Shown: positions 24,847 to 35,575 of the stretch, piece by piece | Position numbering within the stretch: position 1 is the first letter of the stretch | Layout of the letters: the number at the start of each line of letters is the position of its first letter | DNA from: an uncultured Eubacteriales bacterium | Lineage (GTDB): Bacteria > Bacillota > Clostridia > Christensenellales > Aristaeellaceae | Reading direction: 5' to 3' | Assembly: GCA_902790015.1 (NCBI GenBank) | Contig: CADAQF010000008.1 | Span: forward strand, 13,920-77,919 | Length of the DNA stretch: 64,000 bases | Position numbers and translations under genes: made by a program | The notes under the pieces: generated by a model | Told to the model about the DNA's origin: nothing | Seen by the model: the letters and a program-made list of their open reading frames with translations, nothing else | The model's database searches: none

Positions 24847-27168
24847 ATGCAGCGGTTCCTTAAAAGAAGCGAAAACACGGATGAACTGCGTTTGCCCGGT
24901 CTGCCCGGGTGGCTCAGCGACCTTCTGATCGCCCGCGGCATGGATACGCCCGACAAGGCGCGCGCCTTCCTTTTTCCGGAAAGCCGGGGCTATAACGACC
25001 CCTTCCTGCTGCACGATATGGATAAGGCTATCCGCCTGATCCACGAGGCCAGAAGAGACGGCGTCCGCGCCGTGGTCTACGGGGATTACGATGTGGACGG
25101 CATCTGCGCGTCTGCCATCATGCATCAGACGCTGTGCGTCTTCGGACTGGACGCCGCCGTCTATATCCCCGACCGGCACGAGGAGGGCTACGGCCTGAAC
25201 GCGGACGCCGTGCGCTCCTTAAGCGAAAGGGCCGGCCTGCTGGTCACGGTGGACTGCGGGGTTACGGGAGCGGACGAGGTGCGGCTGGCCAGGGAGCTGG
25301 GCATGCGGGTGATCGTCACCGACCACCATACCCTTCCGCCCGAGCTGCCGGAAGCGGACGCCCTGGTGGACCCGCTTTTGCCTCCGTATCCTTTTCCCTC
25401 GCTGTGCGGGGCGGGCGTCGCGTTTCAGCTGTGCCGCGCCCTGCTGGGCCACGAGGCCGCCCTTTCCTGCCTGGACCTGGCGGCCCTGGCCACCGTGGCC
25501 GACCTGGTGCCCCTGGTCGATGAAAACCGCCTGATCGTCAAACAGGGCCTGGCCGCCCTGGAAAGGACGGAACGGCCCGGACTCAAGGCCCTCATGCAGG
25601 CAGCCGGCATCACCGGATCTCTGACCAGCGACCGAATCGCCTTTGGACTCGCGCCCCGTCTGAACGCCAGCGGAAGGCTTCAAAGCGCGCTGACCGCTCT
25701 TTCCCTCATCCAGGAGGGGGACAGCGACGAGGCGATGAAAAAGGCCATGCTGCTGGAACGCCTGAACGCAGAAAGGAAGGACCTGGAAAAGCAGGTGCTG
25801 GAAGACGCCGAAAGCCAGCTTTCCGCGTTCGATCTGTGCGAAGACCGCGCCATCGTCATCTGCGGCGAAGGCTATGAAAGCGGCGTCGTGGGCCTGGCGG
25901 CAGGCCGCCTGGCTGAAAAAACGGGTTATCCGACTGTCATCCTGGCCCGCCGGGAAGACCTGGCGGTGGGCAGCGCCCGCAGCGCCGGCGGGGTGGATAT
26001 CTACAAGGCCCTGTTTGCCTGCCGGCATTTTTTCCTGCGCTTCGGAGGCCACAAACAGGCGGCCGGCATGACGCTGCGCTATGAGGATGTGCCGGCCTTC
26101 CGCCGGAAACTGAGCGAGGCTGTGCGCGCCCAGCTGAACGGCAGGCCGCTGGTCCCGACCCGCTATTATGACGCGGAGCTTTCCCTGCCCGAGGTCAGCA
26201 GGGAAACGGTGGAGCAGCTAAGACTGCTGGAACCCTTCGGCATGGGAAACCCCGAGCCGGTTTTCCTTTTGAAGGATACTGAGCTGCTGAATGCCCGCAC
26301 GGTGGGAAGCGCCGGGGCTCATTTAAAGCTGCTTCTGACAGACGGTACCGTGCGCCGGGAAGCCATTGCCTTCCGCATGGGGGAATTGATGGATTCCCTG
26401 CCCCAAAGGGCGGACATTCTTTTTTCACCCACCGAAAACGCCTTCAGGGACCGTGTCAGTTACGAGTGCCGCATCAGCGCCATCCGTCCGGATATGGAAT
26501 CCGTCGCGGTTCCTCCGGAAAGAATCGCCCGGGCCGCTTTGCAGGATTTTTGCACGGAGACGGAGAATATAATACCTTCAACCCTTCTGCCCTGGTCTGA
26601 GGCCCTGGCGGAGGAATGGGCCGGCGCCGGGCAGGGGACGCTTGTTTTCTGCCGAACCCGGGATACCGCTTTTTTCTGGCACCGGCGGCATCCTCAACTG
26701 GACCTTCTGACCCTGCCCGCCGGGGATACGCGGGCTTACAGCGCCGTGATCTACGGCGTAAGCGCCAGTGACATCCGGGCGCCCTACCGCCGGGTGATCC
26801 TGGCGGACGGGGATCTGACCGGAGCGGACGCCTCCCTTTTTCCTCCGCAGACCGGGAGGGTATTCCTGATCCCGCCGGCAAGCCCTCCTCTCAAAAGACT
26901 GATGGAGGACATGAGTCCTGCGGTCGATCTTCTCAGGCAGACGTACGTGGTGCTAAAAAAAGGCCCGTCCCCCCGTTCGTCACCCGATCTTGCGGAGAAG
27001 CTTGGCGTGTCCCCCGAAAGGACGGAGGCCTTGCTGGCGGTTCTTTCCCGCATGGGACTGATCGATATTTCCTTTAAACCATTTCTGATCACGCTGCCTC
27101 CCATGAAGAAAGCAGACCCGGCGGAGGATCAGCTGTTTATCACCCTGAACGCATGGAAAGGAGGCTGA
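24847..27168 (+). CDS. recJ: single-stranded-DNA-specific exonuclease RecJ
   Basis: DHH motifs VVYGDYDVDGICASAIM, VTVDCGV, VIVTDHH, plus DHHA1 GGHKQAAG. 773 aa. RBS AAAGGAGG. Confidence 0.9.
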   Translation: MQRFLKRSENTDELRLPGLPGWLSDLLIARGMDTPDKARAFLFPESRGYNDPFLLHDMDKAIRLIHEARRDGVRAVVYGDYDVDGICASAIMHQTLCVFGLDAAVYIPDRHEEGYGLNADAVRSLSERAGLLVTVDCGVTGADEVRLARELGMRVIVTDHHTLPPELPEADALVDPLLPPYPFPSLCGAGVAFQLCRALLGHEAALSCLDLAALATVADLVPLVDENRLIVKQGLAALERTERPGLKALMQAAGITGSLTSDRIAFGLAPRLNASGRLQSALTALSLIQEGDSDEAMKKAMLLERLNAERKDLEKQVLEDAESQLSAFDLCEDRAIVICGEGYESGVVGLAAGRLAEKTGYPTVILARREDLAVGSARSAGGVDIYKALFACRHFFLRFGGHKQAAGMTLRYEDVPAFRRKLSEAVRAQLNGRPLVPTRYYDAELSLPEVSRETVEQLRLLEPFGMGNPEPVFLLKDTELLNARTVGSAGAHLKLLLTDGTVRREAIAFRMGELMDSLPQRADILFSPTENAFRDRVSYECRISAIRPDMESVAVPPERIARAALQDFCTETENIIPSTLLPWSEALAEEWAGAGQGTLVFCRTRDTAFFWHRRHPQLDLLTLPAGDTRAYSAVIYGVSASDIRAPYRRVILADGDLTGADASLFPPQTGRVFLIPPASPPLKRLMEDMSPAVDLLRQTYVVLKKGPSPRSSPDLAEKLGVSPERTEALLAVLSRMGLIDISFKPFLITLPPMKKADPAEDQLFITLNAWKGG

Positions 27169-27172
27169 GCGC

Positions 27173-29365
27173 GTGTCGTATACGGTATACAAGAGCCTGA
27201 CCATCGAGGAGATCATGGCCCGGGTGGAAAAGGCGTACGACCAGGCCGGCGCCCAGCTGTGCCAGCGCGCCTACGAGTTTGCCTGCCGGGTACACGCTTC
27301 CCAGAAACGCAAAAGCGGGGAACCCTACATCATCCACCCGGTCTACGTCGCCAGCATCCTGACCGAGATCATGATCGACCCGCCCACCATTGCAGCGGGC
27401 TTCCTGCACGACACCGTGGAGGACTGCCCCGACGTGACGCTTTCCACCATCGAAACGGAGTTCGGCGAAGAGATCGCCCAGCTGGTGGACGGCGTCACCA
27501 AGCTGGGCAAGCTCAATTTTACCGACCGCGAGGAGCAGCAGGCGGAATCCCTGCGCAAGATGATCCTCGCCATGAGCCGGGATATCCGCGTCGTGCTGAT
27601 CAAGCTGGCCGACCGGCTGCACAACATGCTGACGCTCAAGTACCAGTCGCCTGAAAAGCAGATATCCATCGCCCGGGAGACGCTGGATATTTATGCCCCC
27701 CTGGCCCACCGCCTGGGCGTATACGCCATCAAGCAGGAGCTGGAGGACCTGTCCCTTCGCTATATCGACCCGGAAGGCTACCAGGAGGTGGCCCGGCGGG
27801 TCGGCATGAAGCGGGCCGAACGGGAGGAAAGCATCCGGCTTATCAAGGAAAAGCTTTCGGAAAAGCTGACGGAGGCCCACCTGCATTTCAGCATCGACGG
27901 CCGTCCCAAGCACCTGTATTCCATCTACAACAAGATGGTCATCCGCAACAAGCCCTTTGAGGAAATATACGACCTGATCGCCGTGCGCGTGATCGTGGAG
28001 ACGGTGCCTCAGTGCTATCTGGTGCTGGGCATCGTCCATACCCTGTGGAACCAGGTGCCGGGCCGCTTCAAGGATTATATCTCAGTGCCCAAGGCCAATA
28101 TGTACCAGTCCCTGCACACCACCGTCATGGGCGGGAGGGACATTCCCTTCCCCTTCGAGGTGCAGATCCGCACCCGGGAAATGCACCGCGTGGCTGAGTA
28201 CGGCATTGCCGCGCACTGGCGCTACAAGGAAGGCAGCAAGGACGCCCAGCTGGACAAAAAGCTGTACTGGCTCAGGCAGATCCTCGACTGGCAGTCCGAA
28301 ACCAGGGACAGCCATGAGTTTATCGACAGCCTGAAGACGGATCTGTTTTCCGAGGAGGTCTTCCTCTTTACCCCCAAGGGGGACATCATCAACATGCAGC
28401 GCGGCGCGACACCTTTGGACTTTGCCTACCGCGTGCACAGCCATGTGGGCAACCAGTGCGTGGGCGCCCGCGTGAACGGGAAGATGGTGCCCCTGGATAC
28501 CGAACTCAAGACCGGCGACCGGGTGGAGATCATGACCTCCCCCAACTCCAAGGGCCCCAGCATGGACTGGCTCAAGATCGTCAAGACCCAGCAGGCCAAG
28601 GCCAAGATCCGCCAGTTCTTCAAGCGCGAGCTGCGCGGGGAAAACGTGGTGCGCGGCCATGAAATGCTGGAGCACGAGGCCAGACGCCGCGGCGTCAAGC
28701 TGACGGATTATACCAAGCCCGAATACTACGAGCCCATCCTGCGCAAATACATGTTCACGGAGCTTGACGATCTGTACGGCGCCATCGGCTACGGCGGGGT
28801 CGCCGCGGTCTACGTGATGACCCGCCTGATGGACGAAAAGGCCCGCCAGGAGGAGCCGAAGCGGACGGTCCCCGTGGTTTCTTCCCCGGAGGAGCTGCCC
28901 CAGCACAAGCCTGTCGGCAAGCCCACCCAGGGCATCTACGTGGAGGGCGAGCCGGATATGCTGGTGCGCTTCGCCCACTGCTGCAACCCCGTTCCCGGCG
29001 ACGACATCGTGGGCTACATCACCCGCGGCCGGGGCGTCACCATTCATAAGGCGGACTGCATCAACGCCCTGCATACAGAGCCCGAGCGCACCATCGGCGT
29101 TTCCTGGGCGGACGAGGAGCTGGGAGATTTCAGCGCCAACATCAATATCATCTGCTACGATCATCCCAGCCTTCTGGGCGAGATCACCGCTTTTGTGGAC
29201 GATATGAAGCTGCCCATCACCGCCGTGGCCGTCAAGGTCAACAAGAACAAGACCTGCTCGATCATCATGACCCTCAAGGTCAAAAGCCGCGCGCAGGTGG
29301 ACGAGGCCATCAAAAAGCTCCAGAAGCGCACGGACGTCATCGAGGCCTACCGAAGCGCCAAGTAA
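27173..29365 (+). CDS. relA: bifunctional (p)ppGpp synthetase/hydrolase RelA/SpoT (Rel)
   Basis: GTG start. HD domain HASQKRKSGEPYIIHPVYVASIL...HDTVED, synthetase RPKHLYSIYNKM...DLIAVRVIV...YQSLHTTV, plus TGS and ACT domains. Confidence 0.95.
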   Translation: MSYTVYKSLTIEEIMARVEKAYDQAGAQLCQRAYEFACRVHASQKRKSGEPYIIHPVYVASILTEIMIDPPTIAAGFLHDTVEDCPDVTLSTIETEFGEEIAQLVDGVTKLGKLNFTDREEQQAESLRKMILAMSRDIRVVLIKLADRLHNMLTLKYQSPEKQISIARETLDIYAPLAHRLGVYAIKQELEDLSLRYIDPEGYQEVARRVGMKRAEREESIRLIKEKLSEKLTEAHLHFSIDGRPKHLYSIYNKMVIRNKPFEEIYDLIAVRVIVETVPQCYLVLGIVHTLWNQVPGRFKDYISVPKANMYQSLHTTVMGGRDIPFPFEVQIRTREMHRVAEYGIAAHWRYKEGSKDAQLDKKLYWLRQILDWQSETRDSHEFIDSLKTDLFSEEVFLFTPKGDIINMQRGATPLDFAYRVHSHVGNQCVGARVNGKMVPLDTELKTGDRVEIMTSPNSKGPSMDWLKIVKTQQAKAKIRQFFKRELRGENVVRGHEMLEHEARRRGVKLTDYTKPEYYEPILRKYMFTELDDLYGAIGYGGVAAVYVMTRLMDEKARQEEPKRTVPVVSSPEELPQHKPVGKPTQGIYVEGEPDMLVRFAHCCNPVPGDDIVGYITRGRGVTIHKADCINALHTEPERTIGVSWADEELGDFSANINIICYDHPSLLGEITAFVDDMKLPITAVAVKVNKNKTCSIIMTLKVKSRAQVDEAIKKLQKRTDVIEAYRSAK

Positions 29366-29416
29366 ACAGATCCTGCGGGGGAATGCCCCGTCATCATACA
29401 CAAGGAGATGGTAACT

Positions 29417-29866
<450 letters not shown>

Positions 29867-29914
29867 CCTGCGGCTGCCGTTTTTACGATAACGCGAAAAG
29901 GCGGTAAATGACTG

Positions 29915-30535
29915 ATGGATGCTGCGCTGTCTGTCCGCCGGCTCACCGTAGGGCCCGCGGCGGAAAACTGTTATATCGCCTGGCGGGAGGGCGCATCGTC
30001 CGCGCTGGTGATCGATCCCGGAGATGAGGGAAAACGAATCCGTGCGCTGCTTGATTCGCTTTCTCTTAGCCCCGGCGCCGTGCTTCTGACGCACGGACAT
30101 TTTGACCACACAGGCGGTCTGGACGCTTTTTTGGACACGCCCCGCTATCTGCACGAAGAGGACCTGCCCATGCTCAACGATTCCCGTTTGAACGCGAGCT
30201 TTTTGGCCGGGGACGAGCGTCCGCGCCCCGAAGACGCCCTGCCTGTAAGGGAAGGGGACACGCTTTATCTGTGCGGGCTCAACGTATCCGTGCTTCACAC
30301 GCCCGGACATACGCGGGGAAGCGTTTGCTATTCTGTGGAGGATCAGGCGCTTTTTACCGGAGATACCCTTTTTCGGGGCAGCTGGGGCCGGACGGACCTG
30401 TATGGCGGGGACTCGACGCAGATGGCACAATCCCTGAGACGGCTTTTGACCTTTTCGCGGGATCTGCCCGTTTATCCCGGCCATGGCCCCAAAACCACGC
30501 TTTTTTCCGAGAGAGGACTTTTATGGAACTTCTGA
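29915..30535 (+). CDS. MBL-fold metallo-hydrolase (glyoxalase II-like)
   Basis: THGHFDHTGG motif, ...HTPGHTRGS..., ...GHG. 206 aa. Confidence 0.8.
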   Translation: MDAALSVRRLTVGPAAENCYIAWREGASSALVIDPGDEGKRIRALLDSLSLSPGAVLLTHGHFDHTGGLDAFLDTPRYLHEEDLPMLNDSRLNASFLAGDERPRPEDALPVREGDTLYLCGLNVSVLHTPGHTRGSVCYSVEDQALFTGDTLFRGSWGRTDLYGGDSTQMAQSLRRLLTFSRDLPVYPGHGPKTTLFSERGLLWNF

Positions 30536-31986
30536 TCGCGACGGACTGGCCGCAGTTTGCCAACGACCTGGCCGACGTGGCGCGGATATTCTACGGCGCG
30601 CTCTCCTACCGCACGGTGCCCTTTGCGGATGCTTCCCAGACGGAGCTTACGGAGGATACCCTGCTGCTGATCCATCGGGAAAGTGCAGAATCCGGCCGCG
30701 TGAAGGTGCTGCTTGAGGCGCGGGGCCGGGTGGGGGACACCGCGGCGGAGACTTATGAAAAATGCGCCGATCCTCTTTCAGAAAAGCGCCTGCATAAGCG
30801 GGCGCTCAAGCTGGCGCTGTACAGGCTTTTAAAAAATGCTTCCGGTATCACGCCTCCCTGGGGGTCGCTGACGGGCATCCGCCCTACCCGCCTGGTCTGG
30901 GCCGAAATGGAAAAGGGGCAGACGCTTGCGCAGGCGGTGGACACAGTCCGCCGGGTGTTTGATGTAAGCCCGGAAAAAGCTGCCCTGCTGCGGGAAATCG
31001 TATCCAGCCAGCAGACGCTGCCAAAGCCTTCCGGCCGGGAAACGGAAATATATGTCGGCATCCCCTTCTGCGTGACCCGCTGCGCCTACTGCAGCTTTTT
31101 GAGCGGGGAGCTGGGGGACGGCAGGCTGGTGGAGCCTTATGTGGCCGCCCTTCTTAAAGAAATTGCCTTTGTTAAGGAGATGCTTAAAGAAACCGGCCTT
31201 TCCGTGTCCACCGTCTATGTGGGCGGGGGGACGCCCACGGCGCTGCCGGCTGAAGCGCTCCGGCAGGTTCTTCTTGCGCTTGAGCCGCTGGCCGTAGGAC
31301 GTGAGTTCACCGTGGAGGCCGGCCGGCCGGACACCATCACCCGGGAAAAGCTAAAGGTCATCATGGATTCCGGAGCTTCCCGCATATCTGTAAACCCCCA
31401 GACCTTTCACGATGAAACCCTTCGCCGCATCGGCCGAGCCCATACCGCAAAGCAGACCGAAGAGGCCTTTTATCTGGCCCGGGAGATGGGCTTTCGGGAT
31501 ATCAATATGGACCTGATCGCGGGCCTTCCGGGGGAGGATCTGCCCATGTTCGAGGAGACCCTCCGCCGGCTTTCGGCCCTTCAGCCGGACAGCGTTACCG
31601 TACATACCCTTTCCATCAAGCATTCAAGCGTCCTGCATCTTTTCGGCGCCCCGCTGCCCGACGGGGAGATGGTGGCCCGGATGCAGCATCTGGGCAGGGA
31701 AGCCGCGCACGCCATGGGTCTTAAGGCGTATTACCTCTACCGGCAGAAATATATGGCCGGCGCCCTTGAAAACGTGGCCTACGCAAGGCCCGGCCTTGAA
31801 TGCCTGTACAACGTGCGCATGATGGAGGAGACCGGCCATGTGCTGGCCCTGGGCGCAGGGGGCATCTCCAAGCGCGTCTGGCCCTCCGGCGGCAGGATCG
31901 CCCGCGCCCCCAACGTGGGCAATATCGAGGAATACATCGCCCGGGTGGACGAAATGTGCGAAAGGAAACGGGCGCTTTGGGCGTAA
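30523..31986 (+). CDS. radical SAM protein, HemN/HemZ-family coproporphyrinogen dehydrogenase-like
   Basis: Internal ATG at 30523 (overlaps the MBL gene by 13 nt). CVTRCAYCSF CxxxCxxC cluster motif, GGGTPT, and a HemN-type C-terminal region. Confidence 0.8.
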   Translation: MELLIATDWPQFANDLADVARIFYGALSYRTVPFADASQTELTEDTLLLIHRESAESGRVKVLLEARGRVGDTAAETYEKCADPLSEKRLHKRALKLALYRLLKNASGITPPWGSLTGIRPTRLVWAEMEKGQTLAQAVDTVRRVFDVSPEKAALLREIVSSQQTLPKPSGRETEIYVGIPFCVTRCAYCSFLSGELGDGRLVEPYVAALLKEIAFVKEMLKETGLSVSTVYVGGGTPTALPAEALRQVLLALEPLAVGREFTVEAGRPDTITREKLKVIMDSGASRISVNPQTFHDETLRRIGRAHTAKQTEEAFYLAREMGFRDINMDLIAGLPGEDLPMFEETLRRLSALQPDSVTVHTLSIKHSSVLHLFGAPLPDGEMVARMQHLGREAAHAMGLKAYYLYRQKYMAGALENVAYARPGLECLYNVRMMEETGHVLALGAGGISKRVWPSGGRIARAPNVGNIEEYIARVDEMCERKRALWA

Positions 31987-32007
31987 AGTTTCTGCCACAT
32001 TTTCTTC

Positions 32008-32036
32008 TTGCCAAGAAACTCAAAAAAAGATACAAT
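32008..32036 (+). promoter_or_regulatory. promoter of the frr-uppS-cdsA-dxr-rseP unit
   Basis: TTGCCA, 17 nt, TACAAT. Confidence 0.55.
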
Positions 32037-32077
32037 ATAGCCAATGAAATCCCGGATCTGAACAAGGAGGCAAGGAT

Positions 32078-32638
32078 ATGACTATCGATGAAATCATGAG
32101 CCAGGCCAAGGAAAAAATGACCAAGACCAAGGAATACTTTCAGAAGGACATGCAGTCCCTTCGCGCCGGCCGCGCCAACCCCCAGATTCTGGACAAGATC
32201 GTGGTGGATTATTACGGCGCTCAGACGCCCCTGAGGCAGCTGGGCAACGTGATGGCCCCCGAACCCAGGCTTCTGACCATTTCCCTGTACGATCCCAAGG
32301 CCATCTCCCTGGTGGAAAAGGCCATCCAGAAGAGCGACCTGGGCCTCAACCCCTCCAATGACGGCAAGATCATCCGCTTGGTGGTGCCCGAGCTCAACGA
32401 GGAACGCCGCAGGGATCTGACCAAGGTGGTCAGGAAGGGCGCGGAGGAGACCAAGGTGGCCGTCCGCAACACCCGCAGGGACGCCATGGAGTCCATCAAG
32501 AAGCTCAAGAAGAACAGTGAGATCACCGAGGACGATCAGTCCAAGGCCGAAAAGGACCTGCAGAAGCTGACCGACAACTTCATCAAGGAAGTGGACAAGA
32601 TCGCGGCGGACAAGGAAAAGGAGATCATGGAGGTCTGA
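32078..32638 (+). CDS. frr: ribosome recycling factor
   Basis: 186 aa. ...LRAGRANPQILDKIVVDYYGAQTPLRQLGNVMAPEPRLLTISLYD...NPSNDGKIIRLVVPELNEERRRDL. Confidence 0.95.
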   Translation: MTIDEIMSQAKEKMTKTKEYFQKDMQSLRAGRANPQILDKIVVDYYGAQTPLRQLGNVMAPEPRLLTISLYDPKAISLVEKAIQKSDLGLNPSNDGKIIRLVVPELNEERRRDLTKVVRKGAEETKVAVRNTRRDAMESIKKLKKNSEITEDDQSKAEKDLQKLTDNFIKEVDKIAADKEKEIMEV

Positions 32639-32868
32639 TGCGGGATCAGGTGCTTACCGGCCTGCCGCTGGATGAAACGCTGGAGCGGATGCGGGAAAAC
32701 GGCCTTCATCCCTCCGCGGTTTTGACTGCCGCCCCCCGCCGGACGGACGCCCCGCCCTTCATGGAGGACGGCCGCGTTCCCTTCACCGTGCTGGTCCGGG
32801 GCGGCGAAGCGCTTTATGCCCGTTTTCTCGTACCGGACCCGGCAAAGGAGTCCTCATCCGATGAATGA
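32638..32868 (+). CDS. hypothetical 76-aa protein between frr and uppS
   Basis: TGATG overlap with the frr stop and an 8-nt overlap with the uppS start. No recognisable family. Coding status uncertain. Confidence 0.4.
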   Translation: MRDQVLTGLPLDETLERMRENGLHPSAVLTAAPRRTDAPPFMEDGRVPFTVLVRGGEALYARFLVPDPAKESSSDE

Positions 32869-33586
32869 TAAAGCCCTGCCCCGGCACGTCGCCATCATCA
32901 TGGACGGCAACGGCCGCTGGGCCAAACAGCATATGCTCAAGGTGGCGCTGGGCCACCGCGCCGGGGTGGAAGCCCTGCGCGCGATCATCAGGGAGAGCAG
33001 CGATCTGAATATTGATACGCTCTCCCTTTTTGCGTTTTCCACGGAAAACTGGCGCCGCAGCGAGACCGAGGTCGCGGCGCTGATGCAGCTGCTGCTGGAG
33101 TATTTCATGTCCGAGATCGACGAGCTGGACGAAAACAACGTCCGCATCCGCATCCTGGGCGAAAAGGACGGCCTGCCCGCCCCCCAGCGCCGGGCCCTGG
33201 AGGCAGCCGAAGAAAGGACCAAAGGCAATACGGGCCTTAACCTCTGCATCGCCATCAATTACGGCGGCCGGCAGGAGATCATTCGCGCCGCCCGCATGCT
33301 GGCCCAAAAAGCCCTGTCCGGGGAGCTTTCCCCGGAACAGATCGATGAAAAGGCCTTTTCTGACTGTCTGTACACCGCCGGGCTTCCGGATGTGGATCTG
33401 CTGATCCGCACCAGCGGGGAAATGCGGCTGAGCGGCTTTCTGCTGTATCAGTGCGCCTACGCCGAGTTCCTGTTTCCGGAGACCCTGTGGCCGGATTTCA
33501 CCCTGGAGGACTATCACCGCGCGCTGGAGGCCTATGCCGCGCGCGACAGAAGGTTTGGAGGAAGAACGTGGTCAAACGAGTCTTGA
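32861..33586 (+). CDS. uppS: di-trans,poly-cis-undecaprenyl-diphosphate synthase
   Basis: LPRHVAIIMDGNGRWAK...LFAFSTENWRRSETEV...IRTSGEMRLSGFLLYQCAYAEF. ATG at 32861 behind AAAGGAG. Confidence 0.95.
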   Translation: MNDKALPRHVAIIMDGNGRWAKQHMLKVALGHRAGVEALRAIIRESSDLNIDTLSLFAFSTENWRRSETEVAALMQLLLEYFMSEIDELDENNVRIRILGEKDGLPAPQRRALEAAEERTKGNTGLNLCIAINYGGRQEIIRAARMLAQKALSGELSPEQIDEKAFSDCLYTAGLPDVDLLIRTSGEMRLSGFLLYQCAYAEFLFPETLWPDFTLEDYHRALEAYAARDRRFGGRTWSNES

Positions 33587-34377
33587 CGGGTCTGGGCCTG
33601 CTGGGGCTGCTCGCCTTTGCGGTGGCGATGGGCGGGTGGGTGTTCAGCGTGCTGTTCATGGCTTCCATCTGCCTGTGCGTCTTCGAGTTTTTCCGGGCGC
33701 TAAAAAACGCGGGCAACCGCCCGGTGGAATGGCCGGTGTGGGTCTGCGTGGCGGTAAGCATCCCCACCCTGCTCCTGACGGACCGGATGTACCTGATGAT
33801 GCTTCTGATCGGCACGGCCTGCATGCTGACCTGCGGAAACGTCATTTTCCGAAAAACGCCCAGGCTGGAGGACCTGGTCTATTCCTGCCTGCCTTTGTTT
33901 TCCGTGCTGCTTCCGGGCCTGTGCATGCTGAGCTTCCAGCAGCACCTGACCCGTGAAATGGAAATATACTTTATCCTCATTTCGTTCGGCATCCCTTTGC
34001 TGGGAGATACGCTGGCCCTTTTCGGCGGCCGCCGCTTTGGGAGGCTTGCCCTGTGTCCGGAGGTCAGCCCTAAAAAAACCGTGGAGGGCGCGCTGTTTGG
34101 GCTGCTGGGCAGCGTCCTGTTCGCGCTCATCATCACCCTGATCTACCAGACCTTCACCACCCCGCCGCCGCTTTGGCATATGCTGCTTCTGAGCCTGGTG
34201 GGCGGCATGGCCGGCCAGGTGGGCGACCTGTTTGCCTCCCTGGTCAAGCGCCACTGCGATATCAAGGATTTCGGAAAGATATTCCCCGGCCACGGCGGCA
34301 TGATGGACCGCCTGGACAGCGTTTTTTTCGCCACCATCATCGTCTACGTCTATTACGTCTTCTCCATCGGCGTCTGA
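33568..34377 (+). CDS. cdsA: phosphatidate cytidylyltransferase
   Basis: GTG at 33568, 5 nt after GGAGGA. Multi-TM. C-terminal signature SLVKRHCDIKDFGKIFPGHGGMMDRLDS. Confidence 0.9.
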   Translation: MVKRVLTGLGLLGLLAFAVAMGGWVFSVLFMASICLCVFEFFRALKNAGNRPVEWPVWVCVAVSIPTLLLTDRMYLMMLLIGTACMLTCGNVIFRKTPRLEDLVYSCLPLFSVLLPGLCMLSFQQHLTREMEIYFILISFGIPLLGDTLALFGGRRFGRLALCPEVSPKKTVEGALFGLLGSVLFALIITLIYQTFTTPPPLWHMLLLSLVGGMAGQVGDLFASLVKRHCDIKDFGKIFPGHGGMMDRLDSVFFATIIVYVYYVFSIGV

Positions 34378-34401
34378 TGGGTTTTTTATGAGGGATCCTT
34401 A

Positions 34402-35559
34402 ATGAAACAGATCGCTGTATTCGGTTCCACCGGTTCCATCGGCACCCAGACGCTGGACGAGGTCCGCCGTCACCCAGAGGACTTTTCCGTCTGCGCCCTG
34501 TCCGCGCATACCAACCGGTGGCTTTTTTTCGAGCAGATCCGGGAATTCCGCCCCCGCTGCGCGCTTCTGAGCGGCACGGACCTGGGGGAGGTGCCGGAGG
34601 ACCTGCGCTTCTGCCAGTTCTACCGTGCGGACGAACTTTCCCTGATGGCGCGGGAATGCGGGGCGGATCAGGTGATGGTCTGCGTATCCGGCGTCGCCGG
34701 GCTGGACATCACCCTGGCTGCCCGTCAGGCCGGCAAGACGATCCTCCTGGCCAACAAGGAAACCCTGGTGGCCGGGGGCGAGCTGGTCATGCAAGCCTGC
34801 CCCGAAGAAAAGGGCCTTCCCACCCTCCTGCCGGTGGACAGCGAGCACAGCGCCATTTTTCAGTGCCTGCAGGGCCGGGCGGGCAACCCGGTCAGCCGCA
34901 TTTTCCTGACGGCCTCGGGCGGCCCCTTCCGCACCTGGCCCAGGGAAAAAATAGCCCTTGCCACCCGGGAGGAGGCGCTGAACCATCCCACCTGGCATAT
35001 GGGAAGGAAAATTACCGTGGACTCGGCCTCCATGTTCAACAAGGCCCTGGAGATCATCGAGGCCCGGTGGCTTTTTTCGGTCGCTCCGGAACAGATCGAG
35101 GTCGTCGTCCATCCCCAGAGCATCATCCATTCCATGGTGGGCTTTGCGGACGGCGCGGTGCTCGCCCAGCTGGGCGTGGCGGATATGCGGGTGCCCATCC
35201 TTTACGCCATGACCTATCCGGGCCGCATGGACAGCGGCGTTCCCTTCCCGGATTTCGCCGCCCTGGGCCAGATGACCTTTGAAAAGGCCGACGCCGAGCG
35301 TTTTCCCGCCCTGCGCCTGGCATACGAGGCCCTGCGCGCCGGCGGAGCCGCCTGCTGCGAGCTGAACGCGGCCAACGAGGTGGCCGTGTACGCCTTCCTG
35401 CAGGGCTGGATGCCGTTTGGCAGGATCTATGAGTGCGTGGAGGAGACCCTTTCCCGTCTTGGCGCCCTGCCCGCCGCCACCCTGGACGACATCCACCAGG
35501 CGGACTTCAGGGCCCGCCGCACGGCCATGGAGCTGCTCCATATCGATTACATCAGATAA
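34402..35559 (+). CDS. dxr: 1-deoxy-D-xylulose 5-phosphate reductoisomerase
   Basis: MKQIAVFGSTGSIGTQTLDEV, LANKETLV, PVDSEHSAIFQCL, NKALEIIEA. Confidence 0.95.
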   Translation: MKQIAVFGSTGSIGTQTLDEVRRHPEDFSVCALSAHTNRWLFFEQIREFRPRCALLSGTDLGEVPEDLRFCQFYRADELSLMARECGADQVMVCVSGVAGLDITLAARQAGKTILLANKETLVAGGELVMQACPEEKGLPTLLPVDSEHSAIFQCLQGRAGNPVSRIFLTASGGPFRTWPREKIALATREEALNHPTWHMGRKITVDSASMFNKALEIIEARWLFSVAPEQIEVVVHPQSIIHSMVGFADGAVLAQLGVADMRVPILYAMTYPGRMDSGVPFPDFAALGQMTFEKADAERFPALRLAYEALRAGGAACCELNAANEVAVYAFLQGWMPFGRIYECVEETLSRLGALPAATLDDIHQADFRARRTAMELLHIDYIR

Positions 35560-35575
35560 CGAGGTTTATTTCACA

